A stretch of 56,497 bases of DNA, filler included, from Circinaria calcarea (taxonomy: Eukaryota): the NCBI GenBank assembly GCA_051942165.1. It is 3 parts of 3 records of this genome, joined end to end, with 100 filler letters (N's around TTAATTAATTAA, not from the genome) between each part and the next. Parts side by side here need not be neighbours in the genome. Positions count along the whole stretch, not along the records: positions 1 to 18,777 come from JAVECS010000227.1; 2 more parts are not named here. One strand, given 5' to 3'. The notes under the pieces were generated by a model that was not told where the DNA came from, did not search any database, and saw only the letters and a program-made list of their open reading frames with translations. Positions 1 to 13,141 of the stretch are shown in pieces (position 1 is the first letter of the stretch; the number at the start of each line of letters is the position of its first letter). The position numbers and the translations under genes are program-made.

Positions 1-319
1 CTTCAACGTGTTTTGCACCTCGATTGTCTTTTATATTCTTTGCTAGCTCGCTAGCTTCTTCGAGCTGCCCTAGTTTGTAAAGTGCGTAAGCATGCTCCAG
101 CTGAGCTCTCCTTTTGACCTTATCCCCGCCTTCTTCCAAAACACGTAAAGCCTCGTCGTAGCGATCCAACCTCAAGAGGGCAATGATCTTAACGTGATTA
201 GCATCACAGTCTTCCTTGGACTGTTTCAGGGCAGCATTGCAGGTTTTCAGTACTTCGTCGTGGTCAACTATGGTGGAGCGTCTAAGTAAACCGTCGAGTG
301 TCTGATTCCCGGCCGCCAT
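1..319 (-). CDS. SRP72: Signal recognition particle subunit SRP72, N-terminal part (runs off the window)
   Basis: Manual minus-strand translation from the ATG at 319: MAAGNQTLDGLLRRSTIVDHDEVLKTCNAALKQSKEDCDANHVKIIALLRLDRYDEALRVLEEGGDKVKRRAQLEHAYALYKLGQLEEA. The KIIALLRLDRYDEAL and LEHAYALYKLG TPR-like motifs are typical of SRP72. Not in the ORF track. Confidence 0.85.
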   Translation of the reverse strand, partial: MAAGNQTLDGLLRRSTIVDHDEVLKTCNAALKQSKEDCDANHVKIIALLRLDRYDEALRVLEEGGDKVKRRAQLEHAYALYKLGQLEEASELAKNIKDNRGAKHVE

Positions 320-2037
320 TGGCTTTCCATTCAGATGTTAGAATCGATACGAACCTCGAGTTGAGCGACTGTTACTGTGCCGCCTTGTCTCGTAAGCGCT
401 GGCTGGTGAAGTGAAGCAGGTGCTCGACGTTGGTCGTGCACGAAGTGGTTCCTCGTGTCCTTCAGTAGTAATATCAGGCCGAGGACTGGTCTGTGTCCCA
501 AATAGGCGGCCGCCGCTAGTGCCAGCCCTAAGCCTTTGCTATCTCGGCGAGAATTGCCATGCCCGGACTTTACAGAGTAGCTCTATACTTAATCAATCCT
601 TTTCTACCTACGAATCACGTTCCTCATATATTAATTACACGATTCGGAAGTCCTCCTTATGTATAGGGGCATCGGAAGTCTTCTATGAATAAGGCATGCG
701 AGCTCGAATACACGTATAGAACTCAACGAGCAGGATATTAAGGATCACGAAGGATTGTGGCCTTGTCTGGAATGGAACTACTGGCTTGTCGATATGGAGG
801 GATACAGCACGCTGTTATCGAAGGATGGAGGAACAGCGCTACTGCGCATATATCGAAGATTTGTTGAACAGCTACACTAGACACATTTGCACTGATTGCC
901 CCATTCCTTTCCTTTCCCCTCGCCTCATGACAACGATGACGCAGGCGGAGGAATTATGGTGGAGCATAGTGGTGGAGGACGGTGGTAGAGCACAGCAGCG
1001 GTGGGAGATAAGAAGAAACAGCAATGGAAGGACACTGTTATTATTGATCATTGATAACGGGCACGCTGGTGACAAAGTAAATCCGATACACAAACTGGTG
1101 GGGGTGGGGTTGGAGCGTATATCTTGGCACGTTACTGTATGGCTTATTTATCCCTTCCATCTTACATGATAGGCAAGGTTACACCACCAGGGGCGGCACG
1201 GGTCGTGGAGCTTCCAAGGTTTTCCCGACCATTACAACATTGAAATGATTTGATGCCTTTATCACCTGTAGCGACTAATTGCTTAAATCTAGAAGGTATT
1301 TTCGTTATACGTGCACGTATTTCCTCCATATTAAATCAATAATTTGTTATACTATTTACTATCCAAATGCTTTTTGGCGGCGAAACCTCGGAAGCTCCGC
1401 GACGTGTGCCACCCTCTGGTGGTGCAATCCTCTGGAATTCAGCAGCTGCCGCTTTGTGGAAAAAGATACCGACGCGCCACTTAGTACTCTCCAATCACCG
1501 GGAGAGACGAAAGGTGCATGTGCATGGGAAATTATCCCCAGTAGGAATGGCGGTCCACGAGCAGATCGACTGGTGGGCTCCTACGGAGTACAGGGCTAGA
1601 ATCCTCCACTAATGCACGGGTTAAATACAAGGGTATTTACCTGATTTCTCTGCAGCGTTTTAATACTTTTCCCGAGTCTTTGCCACAACACCGCATGGAG
1701 AAAAGAATGGTGGTCTTGTGAAAAATAATGCGCTTAAGCAAGAACTATCAGCTGTATCAAAGCTGTATTTCTGCCACTAAGTGTACCATACCCTGTCAGT
1801 AACAAAAGCGGCGTGTACAAGGGCCAATGAATGCCACGAAGGATTCTAGCCCGTGCTGTCTGTATTCTGTATCTGTCAGGGTGGTGTGTATAAAAGCGAT
1901 AACTCTACTCGATTCTGCTCTGTATACCAATATCCCATCTACTCCCGTAGGACCTTCTTCCACGTTCCACTAATTTTGTTTCTATCGCTCCGTTATCGTT
2001 GCCCCTCCCCATCTTGTACGGACCTCTATTTGCTACG

Positions 2038-4268
2038 ATGTCTGGTGAACACAATGTCGACGACAAGATCTTCGACGAGCAAGTCCATGAAGTTCTCGTT
2101 CTCGAAAGGTTGGGCTATCGACAAGAGTTGAAGCGCTCCTTTAGCTTGTTGGGAATGATTGGCTTCAGTTTCAATATCGTGACCTGCTGGACGGCTTTAG
2201 GTGGTGTACTCATCATCGGCGTGCAATCAGGAGGTCCGTAATTGTTATTCTCGAAGACCATTCAACTCGTCTGATGTTCCGGGAAGGGCCCCCGGTTATG
2301 ATATATTCTTGGATAGGTGTTAGTGTTGTCACACTTGCGGTTGCCTACTCGATGGCCGAGATCTGCTCTGCCTTTCCAGTCGCAGGCGGAGTATACAGTT
2401 GGGTTGCAATCTTGGCCCCTCCGAAAATCGCAAGAGGCATGTCGTGGATCACGGGATGGTTCATGATTACAGGTACAGCTAGGACTCTTCTATTGCAATC
2501 AAGATCCGAAGAAAAGAGTCGTTGCTGCATACGGGTAAAGAGCTCCCCCTGCTCGTTACATATGTCTAGAGCTTTGGGATGATGCAAATATCTTTGAGAC
2601 TCGGAACTCCCAGAATGCATATGATCTGTACGTGGGGAAACCCCGCGGTACATTTCCCGTTGCGAGTCTACTCCCTAGCTCGACTTTACCCTTCCTATGT
2701 GAGGTGTATCGTCTTTCCGAGTTGCCTCTACCTTGTCTATCTAGTCATGATCTGAACTAAATTGACTAGCTGACATTTTTTGGATTTAGGCATCTTAGCT
2801 ATGGTAATCTCCCTCTCGCTGCTCTCCATTTGTACTTCCATTGACCACACATAGGGTGCAACGTGTAATTTTATAGGTATCATAGCTCTTCCAAGCATGG
2901 CAACCTGGCAGTTGCTGAGCAGTTGACAGGGGCGAACTTTGTTCTAGGGCAGGCCAACCTGGTTTATCCCGAATACATCATAGAGCGTTGGCATACTGTC
3001 CTGCTTGCGTACCTTATTGTCCTATTGTGCACCGTGGGCAACGTTTATGGACCTCATCTTCTGGACAAAGTCTCACGGGTAGTCCTGATTTGGAATATCG
3101 TATCTTTTGTGACAGTCATTGTTGTCGTTCTAGCTACCAACGACCACAAGCAGCCTGCCAGTTTTGTCTTTCGTGATTTCCAGAACTTTACAGGTTTCGG
3201 CACCGCTTTCACTGCCATTCTTGGTTTATTGCAAAGTGCATTCGGGATGTGAGTGGGGAGCAGTGCGTCCTTGAGTGCAGGTCTATTACTAACGTAGATA
3301 GGTGCTGTTACGACGCCCCAAGTGTTAGTGCTCTGTTATCAAACGTTAATATTTGCTGAAATTAGAGGCGCAGCATATGACCGAGGAGATGCTGCACGCC
3401 TCCAGAGAGGCTCCAAAAGCAATTGTCATGACGGTTTATATCGGGGCTATTACGGGACTCGTCTTCCTAGTGTCGATCTGTTTCTGTATTGGAGACATTA
3501 CCACCACCGCGCAATCCAGTACTGGAGTTCCTCTAATCCAGATATTTTATGATTCGACCCAGTCCGTTGTCGGAGCATGCTTTCTCTCATCACTTGTTAC
3601 TGTCATCTTACTGTTTAGCGCAAACCTGCTGATTACAGAGGGATCCAGATGCCTATATGCTTTTGCACGGGATCATGGCTTGCCTTTCTCCCGCCATTTT
3701 GCCAAAGTAGAGCCTAGACGGCAGGTGCCTGTGAACGCGATACTGCTTACCTGTGCTGTTCAGATGGCCTTGAATGCCATTTACTTTGGCACCCTGACTG
3801 GTTTCAACACGGTCATCTCTATTGCCACCGAGGGCTTCTGTGAGTTGGCTGTCTTTATATAATTGGCCAACCTGTACAACGCTGATAACATCTATAGACC
3901 TGTCATACGCCATGCCTCTCTTGGCGCGTGTTCTTGCCCGGTTCACCGGACACACCCAGGTCTTGTCTGGTCCATATGCCCTGGGCAAATACAGCATCGT
4001 CCTAAATGCCATTGGCCTCGTGTTTTTGCTCTTCACCTCAATTACCTTCAACTTCCCAACGGTGAACCCGGTTGACCAATACAACATGAACTATACTAGC
4101 GCTGCCGTTGCGATTATTGGCCTTGTCAGTGCCGTAACGTGGATCACCACCGGACGAAAGAATTTCACAGGGCCGGAGACTGGCATCACGATTACCAGTG
4201 TGGAAGTGACAAAGGGAGTTGACGGAGAGGGAAGCAGTGGCGAAGGTTTATTTGAGAAAAGCGGGTAG
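2038..4268 (+). CDS. APC-superfamily amino acid/choline/GABA permease (HNM1/UGA4-like), multi-exon
   Basis: Motifs LGYRQELKRSFSLLGMIGFSF, GGP, MAEICSAFPVAGGVYSW, YDAPSHMTEEM, SRCLYAFARDHGLPFS and NMNYTS. Reconstructed introns: about 2238-2287, 2473-2789, 2804-2854, 2877-2929, 3249-3301, 3324-3373 and about 3840-3896. Micro-exons 2790-2803, 2855-2876 and 3302-3323 keep the frame (ITG-ILAM-GATCNFIG-ANFVLG). Confidence 0.9.
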
Positions 4269-5369
4269 ACGTTGTGGCGACTAGCTACGAGGCAAAGGAT
4301 GCAAGATTTATGAAGTGGTGTCGCCTGTTGTATGATATCGACGGCGAGCTGTATAGGGCGTGGAGGCTTGGTACGGAACATACTAGGGCGACTGATTTAA
4401 TTGGAGGTGGAGAATACATATGGACCTTTGCTTCAGGTGGCAAAACCCTCGCCGGTCCTGGATTATCTATATCAATCAATTACATCGATGCCTGCTGTAC
4501 GCCCATGAAGATGTTGCCGGGGATGTGTACGACCCACATATGCAGTGAGGAAGACGGTCGCATATGATGAGATTGTTGTTGGGTTCCCTACATGTACTCA
4601 TCATCGTATGGGGAATGGGGAATGAATGCGTTCGGGTGGAAAGGGCCGACATGGGGCACTAAAGTTCCCACTAGTCTTTGGCGGGGCTCACCCGCTCAAC
4701 ATTTACTCTGTACGGAGTATGGTAGATGAGAGACCTCAGCACGGCCAGAGGAGGTAGTCACGGCCCGGTTGTGATTTAACACTTTTGTCCGGTCCGTGCG
4801 GCCTATGACATCTTCTACCGTGGGACTAGTGGTCTCACTTTCTCCACGTTCGGCCCAGGGACCCAACAAGAATTGTGCTCGCCTAGATACTCTGATCCCG
4901 ACATAAAAGTCATGATTCCCCGTAGTTGCGAGTGTTGCTGAGGACAAATTGCAGCTGAACTCGCAGTAGAGTGTGATGTAAGCAGTCTACCGTCTGGTCG
5001 TCCTCTTGTCTATCCGGCTGATATCTTTCGAGAGAAGAGAGCTCTCGGTCACCGACGTCTTGGCGTCAGCAAGCTCTTCGTCCAGATGTGGTCTGTACCG
5101 GCTAACCTGACGAGTAGATTCCTCTTCATTGTAACTGCTTCTTCGCCTCCCTTGGTTTCTGTAAGTATCAATCCTCCTCTCTTCTTCCTGGAGCCTGGGC
5201 TTAAGATCTTCATCTGACTCCCACGCTCTATCCGTCGGTCATAGTCAGCAACTGAGTAGCCAAACCCACCGCTCAAACGCCCTTCTGGCGTATGGCCCCT
5301 CTACCTTTCCGGACATACTAAGGCCTACTTTGTTCTTTCTCGTTGCCATCAGTTTAGCATCTTCTCGAC

Positions 5370-8300
5370 ATGACTGTGCCAAAGGTCAACGGGGCTCCGC
5401 CCACGAATGGGGTTGCTGTCCCGTTCACCAATGGTCATACCGGTACAAAAACCTACGCAAAGAAACATAATCTTGCCGCACATTTCATAGGAGGCAATCA
5501 TCTTTCAGCTGCCGCTCCAGGACGAGTGAAAGATTTCGTGGCGGCTCACGATGGGCACACAGTCATCACTTCCGTAAGCTAGAAACGGAAAGGGTCGCTG
5601 CACTGGCTGAGACATGCTGACAACAAATGTAGGTGCTCATTGCCAACAATGGCATCGCCGCCGTCAAGGAGATACGCTCCGTGAGGAAGTGGGCGTACGA
5701 GACATTTGGCGACGAGCGGGCGATCCAATTTACTGTCATGGCCACACCTGAGGATCTGCAGGCGAATGCCGACTACATTCGTATGGCAGATCAATACGTC
5801 GAGGTAGGTTTCATAAGCTCTACAGAGCCGTCCGGTTCTTGTTGGGTCCTTTTCGAAGCTGGCTGAATGTTGCAACAGGTTCCCGGCGGTACAAACAACA
5901 ACAACTACGCAAACGTGGAACTCATTGTCGACGTGGCTGAAAGGATGAACGTGCATGCAGTTTGGGCGGGATGGTGAGTTTGTTTGCGCACTCCGGCAAA
6001 ATGCTTGAGAACTAATACAGAGGTGTCCAGGGGTCATGCTTCAGAGAACCCAAAATTACCCGAGTCGCTGGCGGCATCACCAAAGAAAATTATCTTCATT
6101 GGGCCACCTGGCTCGGCCATGCGATCACTTGGCGATAAAATATCTTCGACCATAGTGGCACAGCATGCGAAAGTACCTTGTATACCCTGGTCTGGCGAAG
6201 GCGTAGACCAGGTGCGACTAGATGAGGAAGGGATCGTTACGGTCGATCCCGACGTCTACGATAAAGGTTGCACACACTCACCTGAAGAAGGCCTCGAAAA
6301 GGCCCGAATAATAGGCTTCCCCGTCATGGTGAAGGCTTCCGAAGGTGGAGGTGGTAAAGGCATCCGAAAGGTGGACAACGAGGACAACTTTACAAACCTG
6401 TACAATGCGGCGGCCAGCGAGGTTCCAGGATCGCCCATCTTCATTATGAAACTTGCAGGGAACGCAAGACATCTGGAGGTACAACTATTAGCAGATGAAT
6501 ATGGTAACAATATATCTCTTTTCGGGAGAGACTGCTCAGTACAAAGAAGACATCAGAAAATTATCGAAGAAGCACCTGTGACGATTGCTAAATCAGCAAC
6601 ATTCCGAGCTATGGAAAAGGCCGCTGTTCGACTTGGAAGACTGGTTGGTTACGTTTCTGCAGGAACAGTTGAATACCTTTACTCTCATGCAGATGACAGC
6701 TTCTACTTTCTTGAATTAAACCCTAGATTGCAGGTTGAACATCCAACAACGGAGATGGTAAGCGGTGTCAATCTTCCCGCAGCCCAGCTTCAGATTGCAA
6801 TGGGGCTCCCATTACATCGTATACGAGATATTCGACTACTCTATGGTGCAGATCCACAAACTTCCTCAGAAATCGATTTTGACTTCTCCAACGAAGACAG
6901 CGTTAAAACTCAACGACGGCCGACACCAAAAGGGCATACAACAGCATGTCGTATCACCTCGGAAGATCCTGGCGAAGGTTTCAAGCCATCGAGTGGTATG
7001 ATGCACGAGCTAAATTTCCGAAGTAGCTCAAACGTGTGGGGTTATTTCTCTGTTGGTACAGCGGGCGGTATTCACAGCTTTTCTGACAGTCAGTTTGGAC
7101 ACATTTTCGCGTATGGTGAGAATCGATCAGCATCGCGGAAACACATGGTGGTTGCTCTGAAGGAGTTGAGCATCCGCGGTGACTTTCGAACGACCGTCGA
7201 GTATCTCATTAAGCTGCTTCAAACGCCTGCATTTGAGGACAACACCATTACCACGGGTTGGCTCGATGAACTGATATCCAACAAGTTGACGGCGGAACGA
7301 CCAGATCCAATACTTGCCGTGGTATGTGGGGCTGTCACGAAGGCTCACGTGGCAAGTGAGGTGTGTATAGCAGAGTATCGCTCGAGTCTTGAAAAGGGTC
7401 AGGTGCCAGCAAAAGATGTTCTCAAAACTGTTTTCCACATTGATTTTATCTATGAAGGCATCAGGTATAAATTCACTGCAACTCGATCCAGCCTCGATAG
7501 CTACCATCTATTCATCAATGGCTCAAAATGTGCTGTGGGTATCCGGGCACTTGCTGATGGTGGTCTACTCATTCTACTCAGTGGCCGGAGTCATAACGTA
7601 TATTGGAAGGAAGAGGTCGGAGCCACTCGAGTGAGCGTCGACGGCAAGACCTGTTTGCTTGAGCAAGAGAACGATCCAACCCAATTACGTACTCCTAGTC
7701 CTGGAAAGCTTGTAAAGTTTACCGTCGAGAGCGGGGAGCATGTCAAGGCCGGCCAGGCTTTTGCGGAGGTCGAGGTCATGAAGATGTACATGCCACTGAT
7801 TACGCAGGAGGCTGGAATTGTCCAACTGATCAAGCAGCCTGGGGCTACCCTGGAAGCTGGAGATATCCTGGGAATATTGGCTCTGGACGATCCCTCTCGA
7901 GTCAAACATGCACAACCTTTCTCTGGACAGCTTCCGGATCTTGGTCCCCCTCAGATCGTGGGCAACAAGCCTCCGCAGCGATTCGTCCTTTTACACAGTG
8001 TTCTACATAACATCTTGCAGGGCTTTGATAACCAGGTCATCATGGCTTCAACTCTAAACGAGCTTGTTCAGGTCCTCCGCGATCCAGAGCTCCCTTACGG
8101 CGAGTGGAATGCCCAGTTTTCTGCCTTGCATGCCCGCATGCCCCAGAAGCTGGACTCTCAATTCACTCAGATCGTCGAAAGATCCAGGACAAGGAAGACC
8201 GAGTTCCCAGCGAAGCAGCTTACGAAAGCACTAGCTCGTTTTCTGGATGAAAATGTCAACCCTAGCGATGTCGGATCGCTCAAATCAACCCTTGCACCTC

Positions 8301-11300
8301 TTGTAGAGGTTATGAATCGCTATACCGACGGGTTGAAAACTCATGAATTCGACGTCTTTTGCAACCTTCTGGACCAATATTTCAATGTGGAGAAGTTGTT
8401 TTCCAATCGCAACTCTCGTGATGAGGACGTTATCTTAAGACTTCGAGATGAGAACAAAGATGATATCATTAAGGTCGTCCAGATCGTGCTCTCTCATAGC
8501 AAGATTGGTGCTAAAAATAACCTTATCCTTGCCATCCTAGAGATGTATCGCCCGAACAAGCCCAATGCCGGCAACGTGGCGAAGTACTTCAGGCCTTTTT
8601 TGAAAAAACTAACTGAACTAGAATCAAGGTCGACGGCCAAGGTAGCCTTGAAGGCTCGGGAGGTTCTGATTCAGTGCGCGTTACCCTCGCTCGAGGAGCG
8701 AGCAGCTCAAATGGAGCACATCCTCAGGTCATCAGTCATTGAGTCGCGATACGGAGAAACGGGCTGGGATCATCGCGAGCCGAACCTGGAAGTGCTAAAG
8801 GAAGTAGTCGATTCGAAATTCACTGTATTCGACGTTCTCCCGAAATTCTTCGGCCATCAGGATCCCTGGGTCTCATTGGCAGCCCTAGAGGTTTATATTC
8901 GACGTGCATACCGAGCTTATTCTCTGAAGTCCCTCGAATATCACAATGAGTACGAGCCACCATATATAATCTCATGGGACTTCCAGCTCCGTAAAGTTGG
9001 AGCACCGGAGTTTGGATTGCCCGCTGCATCATCTTCTCCGTCAAACCCTGTAACCCCGGCGTCTGATGGCAGTCCGTTCAAACGCATTAGCTCGATAAGC
9101 GACATGTCATATCTTGTTGGCCGTGGCATAAATGAGCCTAACCGGAAAGGTGTCATCGTACCTGTCCAGTACCTTGATGAAACAGAAGAATACCTTATGC
9201 GCGCGTTGGAGGTTTTCCCCTCTAATGCGCCGAGGAAGAAGTCTCAAAGTGGCTTAATCTCAGACCTCTCGCGGGAGCAACGGCGAAAGGGGTCCAGATC
9301 TGACAGCGACGATGAGCTCACTGCCGTGTGTAATATTGCCATTCGAGATGTTGAATCTTGTGATGACAACGAGATTCTAAAGCGGATCACCTCAGTGGTC
9401 AAGGAATACAAAGACGAGTTACTTGCACGTCGAGTCCGAAGGGTGACTTTCATCTGTGGACACAAGGATGGTACTTATCCTGGCTATTTTACATTTAGAG
9501 GGCCAACATACGAAGAAGACGACAGCATTCGTCACATTGAACCTGCCTTAGCTTTCCAGCTTGAGCTTGGTCGACTCTCCAAATTCAAGATCAAGCCAAT
9601 CTTCACAGAAAACCGGAATATTCACGTGTATGAGGCGATCGGAAAGAGTTCGGATAGCGAGAAGGTCATTGACAAGAGATATTTCACAAGAGCAGTAGTA
9701 CGACCTGGTCGCCTGCGAGATGACATACCGACGGCAGAATACTTGATATCGGAGGCTGATAGGCTCACCAATGATATCCTAGATGCATTGGAGATCATAG
9801 GAAACAATAATTCCGACCTCAATCATATTTTCATCAACTTTTCGGCCATCTTTCCACTCGAGCCTCAAGATGTCGAAGAAGCACTCGCTGGATTTCTTGA
9901 GCGTTTTGGCCGAAGGGCTTGGAGACTGCGTGTTACAGGAGCTGAGATACGTATTATCTGCACTGAGCCGACCACAGGAATGGCATACCCTCTTCGAGTG
10001 GTTGTAAGCAATACATCCGGTTATGTCATCAACGTCGAGTTGTATGCTGAAAGGAAATCCGAAAAGGGTACGGAGTGGATTTTCCAGAGTATTGGTGGTA
10101 CCACGAAGATTGGCGCGATGCACCTCAGGCCAGTGTCGAGCCCATATCCGACCAGGGAGTGGCTCCAGCCAAGAAGATATAAGGCTCATCTTATGGGTAC
10201 CCAGTTTGTCTATGACTTCCCTGAACTCTTCAGGCAAGCATTCCAAAACAGCTGGACTAAGGCCGTTGCGAAGCACCAGTCGCTGGCGGACAAGAAACCA
10301 CCGACTGGTAGCTGCATAGAATACAGTGAGCTTATACTTGATGACAATGACAATTTAGCCGAAGTATCCAGAGAGCCAGGAACCAACACGCATGGCATGG
10401 TGGGATGGATAGTGACGGCGAAGACACCCGAATATCCACGAGGTAGGAGATTCATCATCATCGCAAACGACATTACCTTTAAAATTGGTTCTTTCGGGCC
10501 AATTGAGGATAAGTTTTTCTTCAAGTGTACGGAGCTTGCAAGAAAGCTAGGTATCCCTCGGATATACCTGTCAGCCAATTCTGGCGCGCGTATTGGCATG
10601 GCGGAGGAGCTGATACCGCACTTCTCCGCAGCCTGGAACGATGCCGCCAACCCTGCTGGGGGTTGCCGGTACCTTTACTTAACTCCGCAGATGAAGAAGC
10701 AGTTCGAGGATGGCAAGATAAGGCACGTGATTACCGAGCCGGTTATGGAGCAGGGCGAGGAGCGGCATAAGATTACAACCATCATCGGTGCTGAGGACGG
10801 GTTGGGTGTAGAGTGTCTTAAAGGATCGGGGCTGATTGCTGGGGCCACCTCAAAAGCCTACGAAGACATCTTTACCATAACACTGGTGACTTGTCGGTCA
10901 GTCGGGATCGGCGCTTATCTTGTTCGTCTTGGGCAACGTGCCATTCAAATCGAAGGTCAGCCCATTATCTTGACCGGAGCGCCTGCTATAAACAAGTTAC
11001 TTGGTCGTGAGGTCTACACGTCGAACCTCCAGCTCGGCGGTACCCAGATTATGTACAGGAACGGTGTGTCCCACATGACTGCTAATGATGATTTTGAGGG
11101 TGTCACCAAAATTGTCGACTGGATGTCTTTCGTACCAGATAAGAAGAACAACCCAATACCCATCTCACCGCACGCCGATCCATGGGATCGTAATGTCACT
11201 TACATCCCTTCACCAAGGCAAGCATACGACGTGCGTTGGCTCATTGGGGGTAAAGATGATGATGAAGGTTTCCTGTCGGGTCTCTTCGATAGGGATTCTT

Positions 11301-12471
11301 TCCAGGAATCGCTTGGTGGGTGGGCTCGCACGGTCGTAGTTGGACGTGCCCGACTTGGTGGCATTCCTATTGGAGTCATCGGTGTTGAAACCCGTTCTGT
11401 GGAGAACATTACCCCCGCAGATCCAGCTAACCCGGACTCAATGGAGCAGATCACCACTGAGGCTGGCGGAGTCTGGTATCCCAATTCTGCCTTCAAGACG
11501 GCCCAGGCGATACGCGATTTTAACAACGGCGAACAGCTGCCTTTAATGATTCTAGCCAACTGGCGAGGCTTTTCGGGAGGTCAGCGGGACATGTACAATG
11601 AGGTACTCAAATATGGCTCGTATATTGTTGACGCACTGGTCAAGTATGAGCAGCCGGTATTCGTTTACATTCCGCCCTTTGGCGAACTTCGAGGGGGTTC
11701 CTGGGTAAGTCAAAATCACCCGATTCGCTCAGTAAAACATTAACACGAGATTAGGTCGTCGTTGATCCAACAATTAATCCAGAATGCATGGAAATGTACG
11801 CCGACGAAGAAGCTCGTGGTGGCGTTCTCGAACCAGAAGGCATTGTTAATATCAAATTCCGTCGAGACAAGCAGTTAGAGACGATGGCACGGTTAGACTC
11901 CATCTATGGCGAACTCAAGCGGTCTTCTACCGACAAGACTCTGTCCGCCGACCAATTGTCCGATATCAAAATCAAGATGACGGAGAGGGAGCAGCTCCTT
12001 TTACCAGTTTACTCCCAGATCTCCCTACAATTCGCCGATCTGCATGATCGTGCCGGTCGCATGGAAGCTAAAGGTACGATTCGACATCCACTGCAATGGA
12101 AGAACGCCCGCCGCTTTTTCTACTGGCGTCTTCGTCGACGTTTAAACGAGGAATCCATTCTCAAGAAAATGGCCGCAACTTCTGTCCGAGGTCCAGCACC
12201 AAGTCGAGAGAGCAATCTTGAGAGATTACAGGCCTGGACGGGGATCACAGCGTTCGAGAAAGATGACCGATCGGTGGCGATGTGGTACGAGGAGAAGAGG
12301 AAAGATGTTAATGCGAAGATAGAGGGACTACGGAACGAAGGCGTTACCTCTGATGTCGCGAGTCTACTACGGGGGAATAAGGAAGGTGGCCTAGCCGGTG
12401 TCAAGCAGGTACTGGAGATGCTCCCTGTCGAGGAAAGGGAGTCTGTTTTAAAATATCTGGGAAAGGTCTAA
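5370..12471 (+). CDS. ACC1: Acetyl-CoA carboxylase (BC, BCCP and CT domains)
   Basis: [38 protein letters not shown], the EVMKM biotinylation motif, a Snf1-type site RISSISDMS, and the CT motifs ANSGARIG and [13 protein letters not shown]. Introns at about 5574-5632, 5804-5878, 5974-6030 and 11705-11754. Confidence 0.98.
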
Positions 12472-13141
12472 CTGCTCACGCTCCACGAGTACAAAAACGG
12501 TAAAGACGGGGTTTCTTTGTAACTGCTTGTCGAGAATCTGTATTCCCCTTGTTCGTGGCGCTTTGAACCACGGCATAGGCGTTATTCGCCTGGGTTTTCT
12601 GTCGTTATCCAAGGTTAGCCGGGTGAGGGATTGTGAGTCGACGGTGTTGCTTTTCTTATTTTATCGGGGAGATTCTCGACTGTATTTAGACAGGGATAGA
12701 TGCGTGTAGTTTACCCCGGTAGACACAGAGTGTGATTCAACAATGGATTTGTTTCATACGCGGTCGAGCGTTCTCTGGGTGATCCTCGTATATGTGACCT
12801 GGCTTAAGAAGATATAGCGCGCGGGCATGCCCAAACAATAGACCCAAGCCCCCCGCGTCAAAGTACCAACATGTAATGCATCCAGGGTATCATGCTCGTT
12901 CGTGCTCTTGCTGGAACTCATCAATCACCGTGACTCGTTCTGCATCAGTATTCCCGCCTCTGCTCTTTTATCCATTAAAACCAGGGGGGGAAGGGGGGGA
13001 AGGGGGCAAAGATTCCATAGATCCTCCCCATGCGCAATACCGCAAAGCACACGTGGATGCCTCTGGCCTTCGTATTCCAGACCCTCTTCTCCCCTCCCAG
13101 CTCTCCAGAACCATACCCCCGGGGACCCTTTTTCCGTCGGA

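Noticed and set aside
411..1612. Short ORFs between SRP72 and the permease
   Set aside because: Mostly GTG/TTG starts, with no motifs or coherent splice structure; treated as intergenic.
2473..2789. TPP riboswitch in the permease intron
   Set aside because: Only a TGAGA-like fragment is present; the CTGAGA...ATAC...CTTGATC...GGATAATACCAGCG core of fungal TPP aptamers is absent.
4561..4610. Hairpin ATGATGAG / CTCATCAT downstream of the permease
   Set aside because: A single 8-bp stem, expected by chance; no box D or other support.
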